A stretch of DNA of 61,436 bases, counting the filler. It is 4 parts of 4 records of this genome, joined end to end, with 100 filler letters (N's around TTAATTAATTAA, not from the genome) between each part and the next. Parts side by side here need not be neighbours in the genome. Positions count along the whole stretch, not along the records: positions 27,114 to 35,802 come from SRR31156797_12982; positions 35,903 to 53,217 come from SRR31156797_13000; 2 more parts are not named here. One strand, 5' to 3'. The notes under the pieces were generated by a model that did not search any database, was not told where the DNA came from, and saw nothing but the letters and a program-made list of their open reading frames with translations. Position numbers and translations under genes: made by a program. Shown one piece after another: positions 32,008-40,212 of the stretch (its first letter is position 1; the number at the start of each line of letters is the position of its first letter).

Positions 32008-32071
32008 GATTGAATTGTCTGATTTTCTTCGGTAATTTCATGGTGTTTTTGACTATCAAAGCACCACTACA

Positions 32072-34621
32072 ATGATAGAACTAGTAAAAGAAGAAATTCT
32101 TAAAAAATTTGGAGGAGATTTGGTCTATACAAAAGATTGCAAATTTCTTGCTGATACAATATGTGAAGAAACAGGCAAACGAATTAGTACTACTACAATT
32201 CGACGATTGTTTGGCTTTTTAAAATCGAATACAATTCCAGGAAAATACACTTTAAATATATTATCTGCATACCTTGGTTATAAGAATTGGGAGCATTTTT
32301 GTAGTGCTTTTGATTCAAAACCCCAGAAGAATGAGAAGCCCAAAGAAAGTTGGAGTGAATTTTACGATAAAGCTCTTTCATTTAGTAAGGAAACCTACAA
32401 TATGATTGTGGGGCAATCTGGAATTTCATTCAATGCAGTTGTGAATAGGAGTGATTCAGAAGAAAGGATTCAGCGATTCTTGAATTCTTCAAATACAGCT
32501 CTAAGTTTTATCGCATCGGGAGGATATGGGAAATCTACAATGCTGGCAAAATGGTTTGAGAAAAATTGGATTGAAGAAAGTAGTAAAGATGTTGTTCTAT
32601 TTTTGAACGCTTCAATGATGATTAGTTTCTTGAATGCCGACTTTAAATTGGATTCTTGGATTCAGGATCAGTTGAGATTTACCAAGAAAGATTCTCTAAA
32701 ATATTTTTTAGAGAATCCTGAGGATTGCGAAAGCAATATCATTTTTGTTATTGATGCTCTTGATGAGATCACTTATGATAACTTGAAATTAGAGCGATTG
32801 TTTTTACAGTTGAAACAGTTCATATTAAATTATAAGAATTCAGGTAATGTAAAACTTATAATAACTTCCCGAAATTCAACATGGGGAAAATTCGCAATGC
32901 CATTTGTAGTTAGTGGGAACGAACTAAAAAAATGTTGGTTTGATTTAAACAATGATCTTGAAAAAATAAACGAAGCAAATTTGGGGCTTTTAAATCAAAG
33001 AGAAATACAATTCGTATTGGATAAAACTTTAAACCAACAATATTCTTCAGATCTAAAAATTGAAGAGTTATCTTATACCCACAAACGAACAATTTCCAAT
33101 CCATTTTTCTTAGAACTATTTGTTAAATTATATTCGCCTGAAAGAGGATATCAAAATGATGAAGGTCAGGAATTGATGCGGGAATATATTAAGAATAAGA
33201 TTTTTTATGCCCGTTATTCTGAAGAAAAAGTAGATATTCTTCATGGTATATTAGATTTAATTCAACATGGTAAAAATGGCACTGCAGCAAAAAAATGGGA
33301 ATTAAGAGACAGATATCCCGTTCATTTGAAAACTGCAGGCAATTATTATTTAGCCTATCAGGAATTGATTTCTTATGGTATCATTTCGGAATATACATCA
33401 ACAAACGAGTTTAATAGTTACTGTAAGTATGTGAAAATTACCAATGAGGTGCTTTTTGAATCTTTAATTGGTATAAGTTTAATTGAAGCAAATGGAGGTC
33501 TTAATTTTGAGTTAATTCGTAAGGTTGATGAGGAGTATGAGGGATATGATTTAAAAAACAGATTAATTTCGCTTCTTCTTTCTTCTGAATTTTTCAATAA
33601 AGAGAAATTGGATTTAGATGATCTGTTAAAACTTAGTAAAGATACATTGTCAGATCCAATAGTTTTGGAAACCATACTTAATACATCATGTTTCTTAGGT
33701 GATGATTTGGAAGAACTTAAAGAACAATTATCATCCAATAAGAGAATAAGTAAGTTATTTTCTCGATCATTTGGCAAAAAGCTTTCTCTGAATGTAAATA
33801 ATATGCGATTATTAAAGGTAGTTGCAGGAAATTCCGCTGGGAAAGATTTAAAATTGAGATCCTTAGGTTTATTGTTGATTTCTTCAATTCATAATGGTGA
33901 TACTATTAGTGCTGATAAATATTATAACGATTTAATATCGGAAGAAGCTGATTCTTTATGCACAGGATATACAATTGCGATAAGATTAGCAGGAATATTA
34001 ATGTATAATTATTTTATTCAAAAGGATATTGAAGATCTTGAACTGTATAAACTTTTCTATTATAGAGAGATGGCTTTTGTAAATTACGAGCAGACTGGAT
34101 CTGTTGATGGAGAGTTCGAGATGGTTTTATGTACCGCATTGATGTATATGAAATCGTACCATAAAGTTCTTCAGTTAGTTGATGATGCAGAACATTTGTA
34201 TTATAAAAATGCAGGGAAAAAATGGTCTGCCAATTATCGTATTTTACAATGCTTTAAGATTTTTGCACAGCAGGCATTAGGTATTCAAATTGAATCAAGT
34301 CAGATTGACTTTTTGCTTCAAAGTATGACAACAATTAAAACATCAGAAAACTACTATCTACAAATATATTATCATTCAGCTTTAAGTAAATATTATGCCG
34401 AGAATAATGATATTTTAAAGGTTGAAGAATTTTTTAACAGAGCAATTGAGTTGAGTGAGTATGCAAATTATCATTTGTGTACGTCTGCTTTGTATCGGAA
34501 AATGGCATGTTACTACAATAGCATAGGTGAGAAAACCAGAGAAAAAATTTGTTTGGCAGAGGAAGAAAGAATATTGAAAAACCATGTTTCTAATTATTCA
34601 TTAGAAGCTCTATTAGTATAA
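32072..34621 (+). CDS. STAND/NACHT-like P-loop NTPase with an N-terminal HTH-like domain and C-terminal helical (TPR-like) repeats
   Basis: ISTTTIRRLFG...TLNILSAYLGY (HTH-like), Walker A ASGGYGKST, Walker B IIFVIDALDE, LIITSR, NPFFL. Confidence 0.75.
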   Translation: MIELVKEEILKKFGGDLVYTKDCKFLADTICEETGKRISTTTIRRLFGFLKSNTIPGKYTLNILSAYLGYKNWEHFCSAFDSKPQKNEKPKESWSEFYDKALSFSKETYNMIVGQSGISFNAVVNRSDSEERIQRFLNSSNTALSFIASGGYGKSTMLAKWFEKNWIEESSKDVVLFLNASMMISFLNADFKLDSWIQDQLRFTKKDSLKYFLENPEDCESNIIFVIDALDEITYDNLKLERLFLQLKQFILNYKNSGNVKLIITSRNSTWGKFAMPFVVSGNELKKCWFDLNNDLEKINEANLGLLNQREIQFVLDKTLNQQYSSDLKIEELSYTHKRTISNPFFLELFVKLYSPERGYQNDEGQELMREYIKNKIFYARYSEEKVDILHGILDLIQHGKNGTAAKKWELRDRYPVHLKTAGNYYLAYQELISYGIISEYTSTNEFNSYCKYVKITNEVLFESLIGISLIEANGGLNFELIRKVDEEYEGYDLKNRLISLLLSSEFFNKEKLDLDDLLKLSKDTLSDPIVLETILNTSCFLGDDLEELKEQLSSNKRISKLFSRSFGKKLSLNVNNMRLLKVVAGNSAGKDLKLRSLGLLLISSIHNGDTISADKYYNDLISEEADSLCTGYTIAIRLAGILMYNYFIQKDIEDLELYKLFYYREMAFVNYEQTGSVDGEFEMVLCTALMYMKSYHKVLQLVDDAEHLYYKNAGKKWSANYRILQCFKIFAQQALGIQIESSQIDFLLQSMTTIKTSENYYLQIYYHSALSKYYAENNDILKVEEFFNRAIELSEYANYHLCTSALYRKMACYYNSIGEKTREKICLAEEERILKNHVSNYSLEALLV

Positions 34622-34648
34622 TTACTCTTCACAATTCACTTTTTATTT

Positions 34649-34684
34649 ATAAAGCTGTTTGCGTTTGCGAACAGCTTTATTTTT
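34649..34684 (+). terminator. Intrinsic terminator
   Basis: ATAAAGCTGTTTGC-gttt-GCGAACAGCTTTAT followed by TTTT. Confidence 0.8.
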
Positions 34685-34878
34685 GTTCATCCTGTTTCTA
34701 TTCCATTTCAAAATTTTAACTTTACATGTGGGAAGATATGTAAGCATAATTAAGAATATTAATTTTTGTCAATAAATAGATTATATTACGGAAATAATAA
34801 GAATACATATTACAACGTTGTTTGCATAGCGAAATCTATTTTTCGAATCTTCTTTATTTAAAATATAGAATAAATAAC

Positions 34879-35802
34879 ATGAATATTACCAGGATTAATC
34901 TATTCTCAATATTTAAATTATCAGTATTATTTTACCTGCTATTATGTGGGTTGACAAGTTTTTCTCAGGAAAAATATTCTGTGACAGGAAAAATAATTGT
35001 GGAGCACGGTACGCTTGAAAATACGATTATAACTATCTATAAGAATGCAGAGAAAGCTGATGCAAAAATGATAGAAAATAGTGGGAAGTTTAACTATGAT
35101 TTAGAGTTTGGTAATGATTATATTTTCGAATTCTCTAAGGAAGGTTTTGTTACAAAGAAGGTGAGTATTTCTACGTTTGTCCCTTTAGAAGTTTTGAGTC
35201 GGGATAGTCAGTTTCCTCCATTTAAATTTAAGATTTCACTTTTCCCAGCATATAAAGGACTAGATCTATCCATATTTGATCAACCAATGGGAATGATCAT
35301 GTATGATAAGGAGTTGGATGATTTTGATTACGATAGAGATTATGATTCTCAAATACGTGATGCAATAAAAAGAGCAGAGGAAGAGGCTAGAAAAAGAGCT
35401 GCAGAACTTGAAGCACAAAGATTGGCAAGAGAAAAAGCATATAAAGATGCTATTCAAAAAGGAGATATCAATTTTAGAGGAAAGAAATATGAAGAGTCGA
35501 AATTAGCTTATAATGAAGCATTGGCTATAAAGGCTGAAGAAACTTATCCAATTGCCCAAATTGCGATAATAGATGAATTGCTAGCAGGAATGCAGGCAAA
35601 AGCCGATGAAGCGGCTCGTCTGGAAGCAGAAAAGAAGGCAATAGATGAAAAGTATGCTGCCATAATCGCTTTGGCAGATTCACAATTTACTGCAGGTGAT
35701 TATACCACTTCCAGAATTAGTTATACCGATGCTTTAGAAATAAAGACGGAAGAAGCTTATCCAAAATCACAAATTGCTAAGATTGATGAATTGTTGGCAG
35801 AG
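34879..35802 (+). CDS. Exported TPR-like repeat/coiled-coil protein (3'-partial)
   Basis: Signal peptide ending SFSQE, beta-rich N-domain, two ~70-aa repeats ending YP..QIA.IDELLA. Runs into the contig end. Confidence 0.7.
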
Positions 35803-35902
35803 NNNNNNNNNNNNNNNNNNNNNNNNNNNNNNNNNNNNNNNNNNNNTTAATTAATTAANNNNNNNNNNNNNNNNNNNNNNNNNNNNNNNNNNNNNNNNNN
35901 NN
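35803..35902. other. Artificial contig linker
   Basis: N44-TTAATTAATTAA-N44. Confidence 0.99.
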
Positions 35903-36100
35903 TCTTAACGAAAAAATATAAACGACTCTGATTCTCAAAATTGGAAATTGCATCATGTTATTAAATCCGCTAGCATTCCTTTTCTATATTATTAAAATGA
36001 TTTCGTATATTAACAGGCTAATGAGAATGTTACATTGATAAAGCTAAAATAGTTTTTTTCACAGGAGCAAGGATTAATCCTGACACAAATTTAGCACATC

Positions 36101-36231
36101 TTTTAACGGTTGAAGTAAACTACAAGGCGATAATTTGAAGTAAAATTTGAACTATTATTAAAAGTTACTGTTCACTTACAAATTTAATATTACCGAAGTA
36201 TAGCCTTGTTAGTTTCTCTGACTTGTTAGAC
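36101..36231 (-). mobile_element. attC: Integron attC recombination site (131 bp)
   Basis: Minus strand: R'' GTCTAAC, 5-nt spacer, AGAGAAAC-TAACAAGGC ... GCCTTGTA-GTTTACT, 6-nt spacer, R' GTTAAAA. The palindrome is imperfect, with extra bases on the left arm. It lies 35 bp after the GNAT stop. Confidence 0.8.
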
Positions 36232-36266
36232 AATTGCCAACTAGTGACAACTCGCAGTAAACTATT

Positions 36267-36851
36267 TTAGTCTTTTTTTTCATTTATAAAATATGGTTTT
36301 ATCATTTTGATACTATCTAGCTCTTGATTCTCTTCTATTGCAAAAAATAAATTATCCTCATAAAATGATATAACCTCTTTTATATTTATAGAATCTAAAA
36401 GGATAAACCTACCACCTAAGTAGATTTGAGCATTATCTATTATTTCAATAGCATCTTCTATTATAAATTGACCTATTTTAACATCTTTGTATAAGTCTGA
36501 TTTGCCTAATTGACCGATTAAAAAACATGGTATGGATTTTGTGTTATCTCTATATCCATCTAAAAGTTTTATAACTTCTGCTGAAATATTGTCTGTATAA
36601 AGTGTGTTTATAGCTATCGTAAAATAAGCTACTATATTTTTTGTATCGTTGTCAATATAGAGATATGTTCTTGATCTTAGATTTTTTTCAAATACTAAAG
36701 CTTTATTATGTAAAAAATCTTGCAAGTCTAGGTTTTGGTCACATTTAAAAGTTTGTAATAGTTTTTTGATTTTATTATTAGAAGTTGAGTTTTCTATTAT
36801 TTCAGATAAACTAAAACAAGAAAAATCATCATCAAATTTATTTCTAGTCAT
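36267..36851 (-). CDS. GNAT acetyltransferase, TacT/AtaT toxin-like
   Basis: FKCDQNLDLQDFL, VAYFTI, PCFLIGQLGKS, GGRFILLDS, FYEDNLF motifs. Confidence 0.75.
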   Translation of the reverse strand: MTRNKFDDDFSCFSLSEIIENSTSNNKIKKLLQTFKCDQNLDLQDFLHNKALVFEKNLRSRTYLYIDNDTKNIVAYFTIAINTLYTDNISAEVIKLLDGYRDNTKSIPCFLIGQLGKSDLYKDVKIGQFIIEDAIEIIDNAQIYLGGRFILLDSINIKEVISFYEDNLFFAIEENQELDSIKMIKPYFINEKKD

Positions 36852-36865
36852 TGACGATAATTTAT

Positions 36866-37036
36866 TTAAAAAATATCACTTACTGATAGTTTTCTTTTAT
36901 GAACTTGTTTTAAATTAGCTCTTTTTGTAGCATTGTAAGTTTTTACTTTTTTTAAACTTTTTTGTGAAAAAGCATTCATTATTAACTTTTCACTTTCAGT
37001 TTTTATAATCATCGGTTCTAAAAATGCTTTTGTCAT
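36866..37036 (-). CDS. Unannotated 56-aa basic protein, putative antitoxin (MTKAFLEPMIIKTESEKLIMNAFSQKSLKKVKTYNATKRANLKQVHKRKLSVSDIF)
   Basis: Read by hand. Strong AGGAAAGG RBS, upstream TAAAAT, ends 14 bp before the GNAT start. Confidence 0.7.
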   Translation of the reverse strand: MTKAFLEPMIIKTESEKLIMNAFSQKSLKKVKTYNATKRANLKQVHKRKLSVSDIF

Positions 37037-37099
37037 ATTGTGCCTTTCCTTTGTATTTATTACTTCATTTTATCTATTATTTACTTTAAATTACTTAAA

Positions 37100-37789
37100 T
37101 TAATAATAGTAACTTCTTATCTCTTGCTCCATTTCAAATCTCATTGCTTCTTCATAGTCATGAATTATATCATTTGACATTTGAATATAATGATCTAGCC
37201 ATCCATCAACACCCCATAATAAATCATGAACTTCTTCCATAATTTTTGATATATTTTTTAAATCAAATTCTTCTTTATTAGGAAAACTTAGTTTTTTATT
37301 AGTACCAGTATAATAACGAAATCTCTGTCCATTTGTATCCATATCATACATTTGTTTTATATACTTTTTAATATCATTTGGAAAAGTTTCATTGGAAACT
37401 AAATTTAATCTTTCTATAAATAATTCAAATAAATCGTACAAATTATGTGTATCATCCAAGTTATCACTAATTTTTTCAGATAATGTACCATTTTCTAAAT
37501 ATCCCAAAGTGTCCATTTTTTCATATAGAAGTTCTGCTTCTATAATTAAACTTTTTAGATGTAATTCGAGATAGTGTCTATAATTATAACAAATAGGATA
37601 AAAAAGAGTATCTTTTTTATAAGTACCGCTTTGTTCACTAATTGCAATAGTAGTTAATTCTTTGGCTGATTCATAATAACCATTGATATAAGTATATCTA
37701 GTATGGTTATAACCACCAACTGTAGCAGAATGTTTCATATCTTTAATTGAAGCTTTTTTGAATAGTTTCTTTTTCATTTTGTTATCCAT
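37100..37789 (-). CDS. HEPN-like domain protein
   Basis: YPICYNYRHYLELHLK ... THNLYDL ... RFRY matches the HEPN-type E-x-x-L-K / H-x-L / R-Y pattern. Confidence 0.6.
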   Translation of the reverse strand: MDNKMKKKLFKKASIKDMKHSATVGGYNHTRYTYINGYYESAKELTTIAISEQSGTYKKDTLFYPICYNYRHYLELHLKSLIIEAELLYEKMDTLGYLENGTLSEKISDNLDDTHNLYDLFELFIERLNLVSNETFPNDIKKYIKQMYDMDTNGQRFRYYTGTNKKLSFPNKEEFDLKNISKIMEEVHDLLWGVDGWLDHYIQMSNDIIHDYEEAMRFEMEQEIRSYYY

Positions 37790-37790
37790 T

Positions 37791-37830
37791 GTCTAACTAT
37801 TTATTAAATATACATTGTATATAACATACC
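37791..37830 (-). mobile_element. attI-like site
   Basis: Minus strand: ATTTAAT (degenerate L box), 5-nt spacer AAATA, GTTAGAC (R box). A further ATGTTATAT lies upstream. There is no palindromic partner arm. Confidence 0.5.
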
Positions 37831-38006
37831 TTTAAATATGAAAATAAATATACATAAAAAATGTTGTTTTATTTTTACTTTATAAAGCCTGTAAATAAGC
37901 TATTTCCAAAATTTGTCTAATCAAAAACATTACTTAAGATTCTATTTGTTAAGCTTATTTTTATTTTAAGACCCTGTTTTTATGTATAGTTTACATAGGA
38001 ATATCG

Positions 38007-38066
38007 GTAATAAAACTACATTTTGTATATTTATTTGTACAAAATCGTAATAAAACAACATTATGT
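38007..38066. repeat. 20-bp direct repeat with a 40-bp period, plus an inverted partial copy at 37861-37873
   Basis: GTAATAAAACTACATTTTGT at 38007 and GTAATAAAACAACATTATGT at 38047. ATGTTGTTTTATT at 37861. Confidence 0.7.
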
Positions 38067-38345
38067 TGGTTTTTATATTAAATTAAGCAATTCTATCTAA
38101 AAATAATAAAATTAAATCTAAGCTAAATTTAATTTTATGACAGTAGTTATAACATACGTCTTAAATAGTCTTATATAAGGAAACTGTTGTATGAACTTCA
38201 ATATGTTAAGCAAGATATTCTTACTAGTGTATTTCAAAGAATACATGATGTAATACAATCAAAAAAATTATATTTATTACCTCTTGCTATAGAATTTACG
38301 ATAAAATAAGAAAAACTAGAACAAAATTATACGAAGATAAAAAAT

Positions 38346-39035
38346 CTAAACATCCCTAACATCCACAAACCCACCACTATCAAACTTATCAATTCCTTGA
38401 ACCAACTTATCCATCCTAATAACAGCCTCTTCAGCACTCTGAATCTCCCCATCTTTTAATCTCTTCGCACTAGGAAACTCACTATCATCTATCTCAAATC
38501 GTATCACATCAGTCATAGGAGTCTCAATCACCCCAGGAGCTACCGCTAAAAGTTTTGTGTCCATCATCTCTTTTGAATATAAGTTTAGTAGCATATTAAG
38601 TCCAGCTTTTGAAAGGGAATAACTCGCCCAACCTTTTGAGCCATTTTTTGCTGCACCTGAGGAGATGCCTATTATAGTTTTTACTTTTATTGTGGCTAGG
38701 ATATCTAGAAGCGCTTTGTTTGCATAGACGTTTAGATTGTACACTTCTTGGAGTTCTTCTACACTTACTTCTAGTGAGGATTTTATCTCTCCTAACATTC
38801 CTGCGTTTAGATAGACTAGATCAAGTTGTTTTATACTTTTTATAAACTCCCCTAGCCCACTTTTGATTTGATCTACAAGTGAAAGATCAAAGCTTTTAAA
38901 GATAAAGTTTGGATCTTTTATATCTGGAGTTTTTCTACTGATACCATATACTGTATAGCCTTGTTTTAAATAATATTGAGCCAGTGCCAATCCAAATCCT
39001 GAGCTACATCCTGTAATAAGTATATTGTTTTCCAT
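38346..39035 (-). CDS. SDR oxidoreductase (sepiapterin/benzil reductase-like; likely ATG at 39035)
   Basis: ITGCSSGFG, LNAG, ISSGAA, YSLSK, PGVIETPM motifs. Confidence 0.88.
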   Translation of the reverse strand: MENNILITGCSSGFGLALAQYYLKQGYTVYGISRKTPDIKDPNFIFKSFDLSLVDQIKSGLGEFIKSIKQLDLVYLNAGMLGEIKSSLEVSVEELQEVYNLNVYANKALLDILATIKVKTIIGISSGAAKNGSKGWASYSLSKAGLNMLLNLYSKEMMDTKLLAVAPGVIETPMTDVIRFEIDDSEFPSAKRLKDGEIQSAEEAVIRMDKLVQGIDKFDSGGFVDVRDV

Positions 39036-39152
39036 TATTCCTTCCAATCTTTTTTCTTACGATAGCCAATTTTTTCTTAGGCGAAAGAAACTATCTTGAC
39101 AAAAAAAACTCTATTGTTGTACAATGTACTACTTAATAAAAAAGGATATTCC

Positions 39153-40172
39153 ATGAAAATTGAAAGTTCTAATGTGATTATGCAGTCAAATCTAGAAGCT
39201 GAGACAAAGCACTCCTCTTCTGTGGTGAAGTTTGAACTATTTCATGGATTATCAGAGTTAAAGGAGAATGCTTATAAGGCTCATGTGGCAACTGAATTGC
39301 TTTTAAGTACTGATTTTTCATCCCAAAACACTAAAGCACTCTATGCTTATGATAATCAGATGGGTGCACAAGATAGATGTAAAAAGCAAGTGATTGAAAA
39401 TATTATGGGGATGTTTTTTACTAAGGATCAAGATATATTTACTTATCCTGTAAAAAATAGTGATATGGAAGAAAAGCTTCAAGATAGTGCTATGATCATT
39501 GAGACAACTGAAGAGTATTATCAAAAGCAAACCATTGATTTTGATACTTTTTTAGAGATTAGAACTCCTACAGAGCATTATACTATGGATTTGGAGATTA
39601 GTTTTACTCAAGAGTTATATGAAGCTCACCATATGGAACTAAAGCTTGGGAATAGTGCTTTTTTAGATCCACTTGTGATCAATTACGATGATGATATCAA
39701 TCCTTTTGATAATCTCTCCTCTTTAAAATTTGAATTTGATTTAAATAACGATGGGGAAGATGACCTTATACCACTTCTAAAAAAAGGGGCTGGTTTTTTA
39801 GCGTATGATAAAAATGAAAATGGCAAGATAGATAACGGCTCTGAGCTTTTTGGACCAAATACCAATGATGGATTTGGAGAATTATCACAGCATGATAGTG
39901 ATGGAAATAACTGGATCGATGAAAATGATGCTATTTTTAATAAACTAAAAGTATGGCAGATCAATGAAGAGGGAGAGAATCAACTGGTCTCTTTACTTGA
40001 TCTAAACATTGGAGCTATCTATCTTGGTGAAGTACAAAGTGGATTTACTTATCAAAATAGTATCGAAAAAGTGGATGCCTTACAAAAAAGCAATGGGGTG
40101 TATGTGAAAAATGATGGCTCAGGAGCTAGAATGATCAATGCTCTAGATATCGCTTTACAAACTAATAGTTAA
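39153..40172 (+). CDS. Hypothetical protein with Ca-binding DxNxDG motifs
   Basis: DPLVINY, FDLNNDG, DKNENGKIDNGSELFG, DSDGNNWIDEND. AAGGA RBS before ATG at 39153. Confidence 0.7.
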   Translation: MKIESSNVIMQSNLEAETKHSSSVVKFELFHGLSELKENAYKAHVATELLLSTDFSSQNTKALYAYDNQMGAQDRCKKQVIENIMGMFFTKDQDIFTYPVKNSDMEEKLQDSAMIIETTEEYYQKQTIDFDTFLEIRTPTEHYTMDLEISFTQELYEAHHMELKLGNSAFLDPLVINYDDDINPFDNLSSLKFEFDLNNDGEDDLIPLLKKGAGFLAYDKNENGKIDNGSELFGPNTNDGFGELSQHDSDGNNWIDENDAIFNKLKVWQINEEGENQLVSLLDLNIGAIYLGEVQSGFTYQNSIEKVDALQKSNGVYVKNDGSGARMINALDIALQTNS

Positions 40173-40212
40173 AAAACATTCGCTATACTTCCAGAAAATA
40201 TAAAGTAAAAAG

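Larger units (their letters stand above)
36107..37796 (-). mobile_element. Integron gene cassette (~1690 bp, three ORFs)
   Basis: Begins G|TTAGAC (37797-37791), one base before the first ATG. That 7-mer is the exact complement of the downstream attC R'' GTCTAAC. Confidence 0.75.

Noticed and set aside
35903-36100. An ORF in the second cassette
   Set aside because: No convincing frame in the ~200 bp available before the contig end.
37037-37099. An attC between the HEPN-like gene and the small ORF
   Set aside because: There are no RYYYAAC/GTTRRRY boxes and no palindrome. The region looks like an AT-rich promoter.
37791-37954. A second attC formed by GTCTAAC (37791) and GTTAAGC (37948)
   Set aside because: The inner arms are not complementary and the span is long, so the site was treated as attI-like instead.
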